A stretch of DNA of 64,000 nucleotides from Candidatus Pacearchaeota archaeon (GTDB lineage: Archaea > Nanobdellota > Nanobdellia > Pacearchaeales > GW2011-AR1): assembly GCA_016866975.1 (NCBI GenBank), contig VGKP01000001.1, positions 1-64,000 of the forward strand, given 5' to 3'. Under the pieces are notes generated by a model. It was not told where the DNA came from, did not search any database, and worked only from the letters and a program-made list of their open reading frames with translations. The position numbers and the translations under genes are program-made. This document shows positions 8,777-19,056 of this stretch, in pieces (the stretch's first letter is position 1; each line of letters starts with the position of its first letter).

Positions 8777-9489
8777 ATTCAATAGAGAAAACCCTTGAGA
8801 AGATTGGATTATCGCAGAACGAGATTAAAGTGTATTTGACTCTTAATGATCAAGGAAGCATGAAAGCAGGAAGGATTGCGAAGCTTGCGCATATGGATCG
8901 CAGTAGTGCCTATAATGCAATTCAGATGCTTCTTGATAAAGGCCTTGCGAGTTATGTCTTAATTGGGAAAGTGAAATGGTTTCAAGCTACTGGGCCACAA
9001 CGCATTTTGGAATACTTGAAAGAGCAACAAGATGATGTCATGGCTGTCCTGCCAGAATTGCAGGAAAGACATAAACGCAAGAAGATTGAGGGGCAAGTTA
9101 GGTTGTTTAAGGGAGTGAAAGGGGTGAAATCAGTGTTTCTTGATATGATTCGGACGGGAAAAGATAATTATGTCTTTGGAAGTGAAGGTCAGTTTTCTGC
9201 ACGAATGCCTGAGTTTGCTTATCAATTCAGCAGGATGAAGAAGGAGAAAGGTATGAAGACTCAAATAATTTTACGCAAGGGGCAACGAGAATTGGATGTC
9301 AAATCATCTGATCACAAATATATCTCTAACATTGCAGAAAGTCCTGCGGTAACGAATATCTATGGAGATAAAATTGCGATAATTATATGGACTGACGAGC
9401 CTGAAGCGATTATTATAGAGAATGCAGCCGCCGCGAAAGCATATAAATCATACTTTGACTTTATGTGGAAGAATGGGAATAAGCCTTAA
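8773..9489 (+). CDS. TrmB-family transcriptional regulator
   Basis: LEKIGLSQNEIKVYLTL wHTH N-terminus with TrmB-like C-terminal domain; ATGA overlap with the HD gene gives start 8773. Confidence 0.85.
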   Translation: MNSIEKTLEKIGLSQNEIKVYLTLNDQGSMKAGRIAKLAHMDRSSAYNAIQMLLDKGLASYVLIGKVKWFQATGPQRILEYLKEQQDDVMAVLPELQERHKRKKIEGQVRLFKGVKGVKSVFLDMIRTGKDNYVFGSEGQFSARMPEFAYQFSRMKKEKGMKTQIILRKGQRELDVKSSDHKYISNIAESPAVTNIYGDKIAIIIWTDEPEAIIIENAAAAKAYKSYFDFMWKNGNKP

Positions 9490-9595
9490 TGAGGCGATTT
9501 TAGTTCAATCCTATATCTTTGGAAGATTACAGACTGGAACTCAAGGTGAGGAATATTTATAAGTTACGCTTTCTTGAAGTTTTTGAGGCAAAGAG

Positions 9596-10228
9596 ATGAT
9601 TGTAATAAATTTCAAGAATTATGTATTTGGGGCGAAAGCTATCGATTTAGTAAGGAAGATTGACATTTACCTAAATAAGTCAGTTGTGGCTGTCTCTTTG
9701 ATTGATTTGGTAGATATAGTGAAGAATACTACCTTGCCTGTATATGCACAGCATATTGATGCGCAAGAAGAGGGAAGAGCAACTGGATTTGTCATTCCCG
9801 AGATTGTTGCTGCATCTGGCGCTAAAGGTACATTACTTAATCATTCAGAACATCCTCTAAAGATAACTGAGATAAAAAAAGCACTTGATAGGTGCCATGA
9901 TGCTGGATTGAAAGTTATATTATGCGCTTCTACGCTTGCACAGGCAAAGAAATTTGTTGCTCTTAAGCCCCATGCTCTTGCATTTGAGGATCCTGCTCTT
10001 ATTTCTACAGGGAAATCCATTACATCTCATAAGGCGCATGCTCTTAAGGAATTTGTCGATTTGGTTAAAGGAAGTGAGGTTATACCTCTTTGTGGAGCAG
10101 GGATAAGCAATGCAGAGGATGTGAAAGAAGCACTTGCTTTGGGATGTATGGGAGTCTTGGTCTCTTCTGCTGTGGCGCATAGCAACGATCCTGAGAAGTT
10201 TCTTAAAGAAGTTTCAAGAATCGTATGA
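9596..10228 (+). CDS. tpiA: triosephosphate isomerase (archaeal type)
   Basis: INFKNY, AQH, LLNHSE, FEDPALISTG and LCGAGIS motifs. Confidence 0.93.
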   Translation: MIVINFKNYVFGAKAIDLVRKIDIYLNKSVVAVSLIDLVDIVKNTTLPVYAQHIDAQEEGRATGFVIPEIVAASGAKGTLLNHSEHPLKITEIKKALDRCHDAGLKVILCASTLAQAKKFVALKPHALAFEDPALISTGKSITSHKAHALKEFVDLVKGSEVIPLCGAGISNAEDVKEALALGCMGVLVSSAVAHSNDPEKFLKEVSRIV

Positions 10229-10290
10229 TTTTTAATTAAGTTCAAAGATGACTTTTCCAAATTGTTTTAGAAAGATTTAATAATGCCCTT

Positions 10291-10668
10291 ATGGTGTGGA
10301 ATTTTATGAATCGAGCACTAATTGGTATGCATGATGTACATCTCCGTGAATATTTTGCTAAACATTTTCGAGACAAAGGATATGAAGTTGAGACTACTGG
10401 AAATTTTAGCGAAATGCGTAAACTAGCTGAAACAAACACACATAGAGTCTATTTTATGGATATTAATTTAGGTCTTCCTAATGTAGGTACTTGTGCTCCT
10501 GCGGAGGAAATTTATGGAGTAGTGCGCTCACGGGTAGAAAAAAATGATGCCTTCTTTTTTTCTTTTTCAGCCAATGATGTTGCCGTACGCCTGGCCCAAT
10601 CAAAAAGAATTCCTGCTAGTGATAAAAATAATATGAAAGAAATACTTGATTTTTTAAGAAAAACTTAG
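10291..10668 (+). CDS. receiver (CheY-like) domain protein
   Basis: GYEVET...VYFMDINLG pattern with the phospho-acceptor Asp position; acidic pocket degenerate. Confidence 0.5.
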   Translation: MVWNFMNRALIGMHDVHLREYFAKHFRDKGYEVETTGNFSEMRKLAETNTHRVYFMDINLGLPNVGTCAPAEEIYGVVRSRVEKNDAFFFSFSANDVAVRLAQSKRIPASDKNNMKEILDFLRKT

Positions 10669-10768
10669 TTTTGAATTGACTAAAAGTTTCATAGTTACTT
10701 CTTATTTATGAGAACATGCCTTATTTTCATACGGAAGTTTTAAAAAGCTGTTTTTGTACTTTGGTTTT

Positions 10769-12958
10769 ATGGCAGAAAAAGAAACAAGTTTGCAGAAAAT
10801 ACAGAGATTGACAAGCAAGCAAGAGACAATCAGAAACGTCGCCACTAGCGCACACATCCACCATGGGAAAACAGCATTTACTGACAATTTATTAGCTGCA
10901 GCAGGTATGATGGCTGCAAAGAATGCTGGAAGCCTTGAAGAGGGCATGACAACCTGGCAGCATGCTGATGAACAGGAAAGATTGATGACTGTCGATGCGG
11001 CAAATGTCAGTATGGCTCATGAATATGCGGGAAACGAATATCTAATTAATCTTATTGATACTCCAGGCCACGTTGATTTTGGAGGAAACGTAACTAGGGC
11101 TATGCGCGCTATTGATGGCACGTTCGTGTTGATTTGTGCCGTAGAAGGTATAATGCCTCAGACGGAGACAGTATTAAAACAGGCATTAAGGGAGAGAGTC
11201 AAACCTGTGTTATTTATCAATAAAGTTGACAGGCTAATAAAGGAACTTAAGCTTACGCCAGAGCAGATGCAAGAGCGTTTTATGAAGCTTATAGCTGCTT
11301 TTAACAATTTGATAATGCAGATTGCAGAAGACGAATACAAAGAGAAATGGAAAGTAAGCGTCACTGATGGAAGCGTCGCATTTGGATCGGCAAGGGAAAA
11401 TTGGGCAGTATCTATTCCTTTTATGAAGAAAAGAGGAGTCTCATTCAAGGATATCTATAAGATCTATGAGCTTGAAGGAGAGGAAAGAAAGAAATGGGTC
11501 TGGGAAAAGGCTCCATTACATGAAGTAGTTCTCGATATGGCTGTAAAACATCTTCCAAACCCTGTAGATGCCCAGAAATATCGTATTCCAAAGATTTGGA
11601 GAGGAGACCCTTCAAGTAAATTTGGACAGGATCTTGTAGCTTGCAGCAGAGATGGAGAAGTAGCATTTGTCATAACTAATATAGTCATAGATAAGAAATC
11701 AGGAAAGGAGATTGCTGCAGGAAGGCTTTATTCTGGGACTATCCGAAATGGTATGGAAGTCTATGCAAATAACGCTAAGAAGAAATATAGGATACAGCAA
11801 GTACTTGTATATAACGGAATAAAACCTGAACAGCTCGAAGAAGTGCCTGCAGGAAATGTTCTTGCAATTTCTGGACTAAACGTTGATGTAGGAGATACAA
11901 TCACTGTAAACGAACAGACTCCATTTGAAGAGATAAAGCACATATTCCAGCCTGTTATCACAAAGTCGATTGAAGTTGTCAAATCGGCAGATCTTCCTAA
12001 GTTGATTGAAGTATTGAGGAGAGTTGGTAAGGAAGACCCTAGCATAAAGATAGAGATCAATGAAGAGACTGGAGAGAACCTTATGTCTGGAATGGGTGAA
12101 TTGCATCTTGAGATAATTGAAGGCAGAATAAAGAATGAGAAAGGTCTTGATGTTAAGATGGGTGCCCCGATAGTGGTTTATAGGGAAAGTATAGGGAAGA
12201 ATAGCGGAGAGATAGAAGTAAGAACCCCCAATGGCCATAATATTTTCACAATAAGCATGGAGCCATTGGAAGATGAGATTTATGCAGCTATAGAAAAAGG
12301 AGATATTCCTGAGGGAAGGCTTAAGAAGAAGGCTGAAGATGTGTGGAAGAAATTACAAACTTTGGGCGTCTCCAATGAAGAAGCAAGGCAGTATCAGGAA
12401 ATATATAAGGGAAATGTATTTGAAGAAAGAACAAGAGGAATAGTCACTTTACCTGAGATTATTGAATCACTTATAGATGGATGGAAACTTGTTGTTGATG
12501 GCGGACCAATGGCAAAGGAGCCTTTGATGAAGACCAAATTTATATTACATGATGCCAAGATTCACGTAGATCATATGCATCGAGGTCCTGCACAAATCTA
12601 TCCAGCTATGAGATTAGGAATGTTTGAATGCATGAAGAAAGGTGGGGCAGTATTGCTTGAACCTATTCAGACGCATCTTATCGAAGCCCCTGTAGATTTT
12701 ATGGGAGCAGTTACCACACTTGTTGGGAGCAAGAGAGGAATGCTTATTGATGTCCAGCAAGAAGGAATTGATACTTTCATTAAGGCAAAGATTCCTGTTT
12801 CGGAGATGATAGGATGGAGTAATGACTTGCGTAGCTCTACTGAAGGACGCGGCGTATCAAGCTTGATGGACCAAGAATTCCAGAAGATGCCAGGTGAACT
12901 TCAGTTAAACGTAATAAGAAAGATTAGAGAAAGAAAAGGATTGGCTGAGAATCAATAA
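10769..12958 (+). CDS. fusA: translation elongation factor EF-2
   Basis: AHIHHGKT (G1 variant), DTPGH, NKVD, GMGELHLE and HRGPAQ diphthamide loop; likely start ATG 10769. Confidence 0.97.
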   Translation: MAEKETSLQKIQRLTSKQETIRNVATSAHIHHGKTAFTDNLLAAAGMMAAKNAGSLEEGMTTWQHADEQERLMTVDAANVSMAHEYAGNEYLINLIDTPGHVDFGGNVTRAMRAIDGTFVLICAVEGIMPQTETVLKQALRERVKPVLFINKVDRLIKELKLTPEQMQERFMKLIAAFNNLIMQIAEDEYKEKWKVSVTDGSVAFGSARENWAVSIPFMKKRGVSFKDIYKIYELEGEERKKWVWEKAPLHEVVLDMAVKHLPNPVDAQKYRIPKIWRGDPSSKFGQDLVACSRDGEVAFVITNIVIDKKSGKEIAAGRLYSGTIRNGMEVYANNAKKKYRIQQVLVYNGIKPEQLEEVPAGNVLAISGLNVDVGDTITVNEQTPFEEIKHIFQPVITKSIEVVKSADLPKLIEVLRRVGKEDPSIKIEINEETGENLMSGMGELHLEIIEGRIKNEKGLDVKMGAPIVVYRESIGKNSGEIEVRTPNGHNIFTISMEPLEDEIYAAIEKGDIPEGRLKKKAEDVWKKLQTLGVSNEEARQYQEIYKGNVFEERTRGIVTLPEIIESLIDGWKLVVDGGPMAKEPLMKTKFILHDAKIHVDHMHRGPAQIYPAMRLGMFECMKKGGAVLLEPIQTHLIEAPVDFMGAVTTLVGSKRGMLIDVQQEGIDTFIKAKIPVSEMIGWSNDLRSSTEGRGVSSLMDQEFQKMPGELQLNVIRKIRERKGLAENQ

Positions 12959-13007
12959 TTAGTCTAATAATATATATTTTTATAAACTACCAAGAAATTT
13001 AGGCTCT

Positions 13008-13577
13008 ATGCAAAAAGTTCAACTTCAAAAAAATATCTTTGACGAATATGTTCAATGGAAGTATGGCTCAACTTATGTTGTAGCCATGCTCGGAAAGTGT
13101 GACCTTCCTTTAAAAGAGTGGTCGCAGGCATGTAACGGTCTGTCATTAGAATTTGCTGACGCAATAGAACAATCTAATATAAGGAGAACTTTTCTTCCTA
13201 TGTTTGCAGAAAAAGGTGCCCTTGATATTACTGCTGTAACTACTTACCGCCCTGTTGAAAGTTCTATCGTCATTTATGGGGTAGAAAAAGAACCAATTAA
13301 TACTGTACTAGATGCAATTAGAGATAGAGTAAATTTTCAACCCCGATACCCTGGCAAAAGATTTGTCTCGTCTTTAGAAGGAGAGGTCAGAATGCGTACA
13401 CAATTCAATTACTCTCTTTGTATGGCAATGGCTGCTAATCAGAATGTCTCACTTGAATGCGTCTTTGCAGCTTTGCATTACTCTAGATTTATAACATATA
13501 CAGGTCTTACTCAATTGGAAAGTATAAATCAAGCATCTTTACGCTTTAATCTTCCTCTTCTTCGATCACAAAGGTAA
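13008..13577 (+). CDS. hypothetical protein
   Basis: 189-aa ORF downstream of a TATA-like element; no motif recognised. Confidence 0.6.
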   Translation: MQKVQLQKNIFDEYVQWKYGSTYVVAMLGKCDLPLKEWSQACNGLSLEFADAIEQSNIRRTFLPMFAEKGALDITAVTTYRPVESSIVIYGVEKEPINTVLDAIRDRVNFQPRYPGKRFVSSLEGEVRMRTQFNYSLCMAMAANQNVSLECVFAALHYSRFITYTGLTQLESINQASLRFNLPLLRSQR

Positions 13578-13962
13578 AGGTATAAATAAATTTCTACTTT
13601 TCATTTCTTTCTCATCAGTTCTTTCTGATTTGACCAAATGAAATAAGCGACGAGGATTAGGAAAAGCCAATGCACAAAATATGATAGTGCAAAGGATGCA
13701 AGGGCAAGAAGGGATTGAATGATGACTCTTTTGTTTAACATAGCCTTTAGAAGAATAGTCTCGATTTAAACTTGTCGACATTAGTGATTCATTACAATTG
13801 TTCCATAAGATATATAAACTCCAGTCCCTTGAGTATATTATGCATATAAACAAGAGGATGAGTGCTTCGTGGAAGTTGTCTCTCAATACTACTTGTGATT
13901 GCGTCTTTATTTCTCTCCGCAAGTAAATCAGCTTTCAATCCCTGATACTTGCATTATACAAC

Positions 13963-14265
13963 ATGACAAAAACACAAACATTTTCAATTCTTGCATCGAT
14001 TTCCAGAGAAGGAGGTATGGAAACATTTTTCAAGATGCTTATAGAAGCGCAAGCGACTTATAATTTTCTTGAGGAATTATCATCTTTCAATGAGAGGAAC
14101 CTTATACATGGCAAGGAGTGCTGTCCCAGATGTCTTAAAGCGCATCTATTGAAGGCCTCCAAAGATGAGCCAGTACACTTCCATAAGACGATAAAAGGCT
14201 ATTTAAGAGGAGAAATTGGGCATAACGGATATTATCTTGATGGAGATGAGGTGATAAAGATTTAA
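13963..14265 (+). CDS. hypothetical protein
   Basis: 100-aa ORF with CCPRC. Confidence 0.5.
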   Translation: MTKTQTFSILASISREGGMETFFKMLIEAQATYNFLEELSSFNERNLIHGKECCPRCLKAHLLKASKDEPVHFHKTIKGYLRGEIGHNGYYLDGDEVIKI

Positions 14266-14443
14266 ATTTAGAATATCTTTTAGTCTTGAATTCCTATTGT
14301 TATTTTGACTGAAATGGAAGTTTATGAGGCAGTCCATACTTCTATATGATTGCTTGAATGATGATGCCTATTTCATTTAGATACGAATATCTTCCGTGAA
14401 AATAAAATATCCTTACAAATTCAGGGACATGAAAATAAGGTAA

Positions 14444-16429
14444 TTATCTTTCCTGTCTTTTCATGAATTTATCTATAAACTCAGAATAATCTTCTCTTTC
14501 AACTATATCCATCACTTTCCATAGACTTTCTGCATGAATCTTCTCTGCTTTTACAACTCCGCTTACTTTTCTGTGAACAGGGCCCGTCAAAAGTAGCTGT
14601 TGATTTGCTCTTTCTGCCGCTTTTTTTGCAGTTATAACCGTATTGCCAATCGCGTGGAATGCAGAAGCTTTGTTCATAGATTCTACTATCATCTCCCCGA
14701 GATGTATTCCTATGCCAAATTTTATCTTCAAAGCGTGCTTTTGGTTGTACTCATTTATCCATCTCTCAATGTCTTTACTTAGCTTTACGGCTAATATTGA
14801 GGGATTTGGATTCTGGGTTTTTTGAGGTGAGAAAATCATCAGATGAGTGTTTCTATCTTCTCTCACAGCAGCCTTTGACGATGTGGCTCTATTAGTTATC
14901 TTGTTCAAAAAGTCTGTAGCTTGATCATCCTCAACAAGCTCATGGATGTTTTGGACTGTGAGGGCGACCACTGCGCATTCTTCTTTCTTTCCTGTAGCAG
15001 CTGAGTATCCCATGCTTTTCTTGATAGTATTAGTTGCTTGGATAGGCATAGAAGAGAATTGCTGCACAGGCTTTAGGCGAGGTTCATTCCATCTAGAGGC
15101 CATTAAAGGCATTCTACCAGTGTATTTTCTTTTAATAGCTACTTTGTAAGCTACAACTGTCAAGAATATCAAGCCAAATAATAAGATGAAGTAAAATATG
15201 TTCCATCCCTTGCCTTTAGACAGAGAATCTAGATCTTTGATATCAATAGAATTGCCTGTGAGAAAGATATTTCCTAGTTGAACCTTATCTTCACCATCAG
15301 ATACGGCTATCGAGTATGTTCCTTCAGGAGCAAGAAGTTTGAAAGATTTTTTCTCTCCAAGGGCGAGTTCGACCTCTCTAATCTCGTTTACTCCATTTAT
15401 TGATACCTCTACTGACTTTTTGAAAGGCACGTTTCCTGTATTAATTATAATTATTGTATCATTGACAAGATCATATGACGCGCTCTCTATCTCATCTATA
15501 CTCCAAGATCTTTCGCCTTTTAGATCTCCACTTTTAGCCTCCATCCTCCAGAGACCAGGTGTAGAGTTTTGAGGGAATGAGTAAATCTGAGTCTCTCCAG
15601 CCTTTATCAACTTTTTATCAATTAACTTTCCATTTGGGTCTGTTATGACTATTTTTGCATCGTCATTAATGTCTTCATCTGCTTGATCCTTTAAGATGAC
15701 CATGTAGACAAGATCGCTTCCGGGCTGCAGATTAGGTGAATTTAGAGCGAGATCCAATTCTTTTGGTACCTGAGATACCTTGATAACTCCTTCACTGATA
15801 CCTATATTCATAGTATTGCCTGAATCATCTTTGTCATATGCTCTTGCACGGACAATATAATTTCTCGAAGGAGTGTTATGAGGAATTATCAGGCTTACAT
15901 TGAAAGCTCCCTTTGATATTGGTGTTGACAGGCTTGCCGGCAATCCTTGAAGAGAAATATCCACGAAGCCCTTAACAAGGGCCCCATTATTTTTTGTTAC
16001 TGATCCAGATAATTTAATACTTTCTCCTGGGAAGTAGATTGCCTTTTCAAGTTTGATAGATGATATAAGCGACTTTGAAATATCGAAAGGTCTGCTTTCT
16101 CCTCTTTCTGACCCATGTTCTGCTAAAATATGGCAAGAACCTATGATGTCTCCAATCAAATTAATATCCAGATAAGTTGAGAATGGCACTTTTTTCTGCT
16201 CATTTTCTTTTATAGTTAATGGACTCTTGTAAAGCTCTACCTTATTTTCCTTACATACAAGGCTAATAGATAGGAAGTTTGTCCTGGAATTGCTTGAGAA
16301 AAGAGTAATATTTGTAGAAATCTGGTCTCCTAGGTTGAATAATGGGTCTACTTGTCCTACAAAGACCTCAGCTGAGACGTAAGGCATCGCAAACAATATT
16401 GCAACCAGAATCAATCCTCTCTTTATCAT
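14444..16429 (-). CDS. secreted/membrane protein: extracellular beta-sandwich (MG2-like) region, TM helix and C-terminal degenerate class III nucleotide-cyclase-like domain
   Basis: N-terminal signal peptide, TM WNIFYFILLFGLIFLTVVAY, C-terminal FGIGIHLGEMIV and IGNTVITAKK resembling the cyclase GIHxG and GxxVNxAxR motifs. Confidence 0.7.
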   Translation of the reverse strand: MIKRGLILVAILFAMPYVSAEVFVGQVDPLFNLGDQISTNITLFSSNSRTNFLSISLVCKENKVELYKSPLTIKENEQKKVPFSTYLDINLIGDIIGSCHILAEHGSERGESRPFDISKSLISSIKLEKAIYFPGESIKLSGSVTKNNGALVKGFVDISLQGLPASLSTPISKGAFNVSLIIPHNTPSRNYIVRARAYDKDDSGNTMNIGISEGVIKVSQVPKELDLALNSPNLQPGSDLVYMVILKDQADEDINDDAKIVITDPNGKLIDKKLIKAGETQIYSFPQNSTPGLWRMEAKSGDLKGERSWSIDEIESASYDLVNDTIIIINTGNVPFKKSVEVSINGVNEIREVELALGEKKSFKLLAPEGTYSIAVSDGEDKVQLGNIFLTGNSIDIKDLDSLSKGKGWNIFYFILLFGLIFLTVVAYKVAIKRKYTGRMPLMASRWNEPRLKPVQQFSSMPIQATNTIKKSMGYSAATGKKEECAVVALTVQNIHELVEDDQATDFLNKITNRATSSKAAVREDRNTHLMIFSPQKTQNPNPSILAVKLSKDIERWINEYNQKHALKIKFGIGIHLGEMIVESMNKASAFHAIGNTVITAKKAAERANQQLLLTGPVHRKVSGVVKAEKIHAESLWKVMDIVEREDYSEFIDKFMKRQER

Positions 16430-16478
16430 GTGGAGTCAAGGTGTTTTTCGTATATAAATGTTTTTAATTTTAGCAGGT

Positions 16479-16757
16479 CTAGATATTTTCTTTCCAATAT
16501 CTTGTTGAGGCTTTTCTTTCACTTCCACTATATTTCTTGATGACTTGATACGTTCCAGTTGTAGTGCCTGGCCTGTTTGTAAATTCAGTCACTTCGATTT
16601 TTGCTATAGCTTCTCGATCCATAGTGATTAAGTCAATAGGCGTTTCTAGAGGAAATATTCTGTTTCCAGGTTTTTCAAAAGAATATGTTTCTCTTTCTTT
16701 GAGATCTTTCGGTGGAGTTATTTGTAATGCCCAGTTAAATCGTATATCTATACCTAT
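16479..16757 (-). pseudogene. unannotated 92-aa ORF lacking ATG (DUF2584-like)
   Basis: Open frame IGIDIRFNWALQITPPKDLKERETYSFEKPGNRIFPLETPIDL...YWKENI* starts at ATA (16757), with an in-frame stop a few codons upstream. Resemblance to DUF2584 is from memory. Confidence 0.45.
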
Positions 16758-16867
16758 CTTTCTAATGAAATACCTGCCTTTTTATATATTATGTATATCG
16801 CCTTGATATTTCAACTCCTGATTTTTCTGTGACTAATCTTTATAAAGTTGATTTCCTTAGAACAATA

Positions 16868-17989
16868 ATGGCTAAAGAGTTCAGTGTTAGTCCTTATGAG
16901 GTGAAAGGAGTCGTAGATTATGATAGACTGATAAAACAGTTTGGAGTTGAGAAAATAACGGCCGATATGACCAAGAGAATAGAGAAACATGCAAAGTCCC
17001 TTCATCCGATGCTTAGAAGAAAGATATTCTTTGCGCATAGAGATATGGGCTGGATACTGGACGAGTTCGAAAAAGGGAACAAATTCTTTCTTTATACTGG
17101 ACGAGCACCATCAGGGCCGATGCATATAGGGCATGCATTACCTATGCTCTTCACAAAGTGGATACAGGAGTCATTTGATGTTGAACTATGGTTACAAATA
17201 CCTGATGAAGAGAAATTTTTGTTTAAGCAAGATTTGTCTTTTGAAGATGCGCAGGAGTTTTTAGAGGATAATTTGCTGGATATAATTGCCTTGGGATTCG
17301 ACACGAAGAAGACGCATATACTTATAGATACTAAAAATTCAGGTATTATGTATCCAGAGGCATGCAAAGTCGCAAAGAAACTCACTTATTCTATGGTAAG
17401 GTCTTCTTTTGGGTTTAATGAACAGACAAATGTGGGCTCGTTATTCTACACATCTATGCAGGCAGTGCCTGCTTTTCTGCCATCAGTACTTTCTGGGAAA
17501 GAAATACCTTGCCTTATACCTCATGCTATCGACCAAGATCCTCATTTTCGCCTTACTCGGGATATATTGCCTAAATTAGGGCATTACAAGCCTGCGTCAA
17601 TTCAGTGTTCTTTCTTGCCTCCATTGACAGGTTCTGATGGCAAGATGTCTTCATCTAATGAAGGGACTGCAATATATCTTACAGACTCCCCAGAAACAGT
17701 AAAGAATAAAATAAACAAGTATGCTTTTTCAGGAGGAAGAGATACATTGGAAGAACATCGCAAGCATGGAGGAAACCCTGATATCGATGTATCTTTTCAA
17801 TATTTAAGATACATTTTTGAACCCGATGACAAGAAACTCGCCCAAATAGAGAAGAATTATAGGGCAGGTAAATTGCTTTCTGGAGAGTTAAAGGCTATTG
17901 CAATCGATAAGATAAATTCTTTCCTGAAGGAGCACAAGAAGAACAGGGAAAAAGTGAAGAAAGATATCTCGAAGTATATCTACAAATAA
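16868..17989 (+). CDS. trpS: tryptophanyl-tRNA synthetase (archaeal/eukaryotic type)
   Basis: YTGRAPSGPMHIGH (HIGH), IPHAIDQDPHFR, KMSSS; likely start ATG 16868. Confidence 0.96.
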   Translation: MAKEFSVSPYEVKGVVDYDRLIKQFGVEKITADMTKRIEKHAKSLHPMLRRKIFFAHRDMGWILDEFEKGNKFFLYTGRAPSGPMHIGHALPMLFTKWIQESFDVELWLQIPDEEKFLFKQDLSFEDAQEFLEDNLLDIIALGFDTKKTHILIDTKNSGIMYPEACKVAKKLTYSMVRSSFGFNEQTNVGSLFYTSMQAVPAFLPSVLSGKEIPCLIPHAIDQDPHFRLTRDILPKLGHYKPASIQCSFLPPLTGSDGKMSSSNEGTAIYLTDSPETVKNKINKYAFSGGRDTLEEHRKHGGNPDIDVSFQYLRYIFEPDDKKLAQIEKNYRAGKLLSGELKAIAIDKINSFLKEHKKNREKVKKDISKYIYK

Positions 17990-18556
17990 CTATCTTGTCT
18001 TTTTAACACTTAGCAATTTTTGTCTTAGTTCCTCTGCGCGATTACGAGTAAGCTTATTCCTATAAAATTCAGAATTTCTGAGCGCTTGTGCAGCAGATAT
18101 ATAATCCTCTAGCTCTATATTTTTTCTGAATGTCTCATATTTCATGAATCCTGAAAAACCATGACAATATATCATGTTTACAATGACTTCTTTTACTTCC
18201 TTTGGCTGTTGGTGATAATTGGATATGGCAGATATTGCTTTTGAATTTATTTTAGATATATCTTGATACATCAATTTGAGAGCTTGTTCATGACTTATCG
18301 ACTGCTGTTTGAGCATCAATTTCTGATGGTCCAGGCCGAAGGCCCTTACTTCCTCAACGTGCTGCCTTGCGCCAGGCTTGCCAAGGCTGGTACCGTAACC
18401 TATTGCATAATTTCCTTTCCTATCGTGATATGCGTGAGATCTGAAACCCTCGTGCCTCATCAATTGCTGTTCTATGGTTTCAGCATTTAGAGAAATTACT
18501 GATCCTAAGAGTAGTATTCCTGCCAAGCTTTCTTTTATTATTTTTTCAATATTCAT
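17990..18556 (-). CDS. T4-like lysozyme (GH24 muramidase) with signal peptide
   Basis: RHEGFRSHAYHDRKGNYAIGYG matches T4L E11/D20 region; VNMIY, SAAQALRNSEFY and NRAEEL match the T4L C-lobe; hydrophobic leader ending SLNA. Confidence 0.85.
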   Translation of the reverse strand: MNIEKIIKESLAGILLLGSVISLNAETIEQQLMRHEGFRSHAYHDRKGNYAIGYGTSLGKPGARQHVEEVRAFGLDHQKLMLKQQSISHEQALKLMYQDISKINSKAISAISNYHQQPKEVKEVIVNMIYCHGFSGFMKYETFRKNIELEDYISAAQALRNSEFYRNKLTRNRAEELRQKLLSVKKTR

Positions 18557-18957
18557 TTTATTCCTGCTCGAGTCTCTATATATTTCTTTATGTCTTTAAA
18601 TGGTGTAACAATTATGTAATGGCCTTTCATGACTCCCTCTTGTGAAAAAAGAGTCTGCTTGAAATCAGTAGCGGATAGCAACCTTACCTCAAAACAATCC
18701 AATTTAAGACTCCTTTCACCCTCGCAGTACAGTTTATTCTTTAAACAGTATTTAAAATTTTCTACATCAGTTATCCTATCCTCGCGACCTACCAACTGAA
18801 AATCCAGGTCACTGTCAGGCCTTTCAGTCTTCTTTACCCTGCTTCCATATAACAATGCAGCAGCTATGTTATAGTGCTGTCCAAATTCTATCAAGGTTTC
18901 TAACTCTCTTTGTCTCAATATATTCTCCATAATCTTTGCTATCCTTTTGATATTCAT
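18553..18957 (-). CDS. minimal nucleotidyltransferase (MNT/Pol-beta superfamily)
   Basis: LYGSRVK...SDLDF motif; ATGA overlap with the lysozyme gene. Confidence 0.8.
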   Translation of the reverse strand: MNIKRIAKIMENILRQRELETLIEFGQHYNIAAALLYGSRVKKTERPDSDLDFQLVGREDRITDVENFKYCLKNKLYCEGERSLKLDCFEVRLLSATDFKQTLFSQEGVMKGHYIIVTPFKDIKKYIETRAGIK

Positions 18958-19056
18958 AAAAAGACAGTCACAAGATGACTTTTAAATCTTTCGATATGTT
19001 ACCTTTAATTAGTAACAACAAGAAAGATTTATATAGTCTAATTTCATAGAATTATC

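Noticed and set aside
10291-10668. Two-component system
   Set aside because: Only a degenerate receiver-like domain is present, with no histidine kinase in the window
13566-13922. 118-aa minus-strand ORF
   Set aside because: No motif, convergent overlap with the neighbouring gene, and the region looks like degraded intergenic sequence
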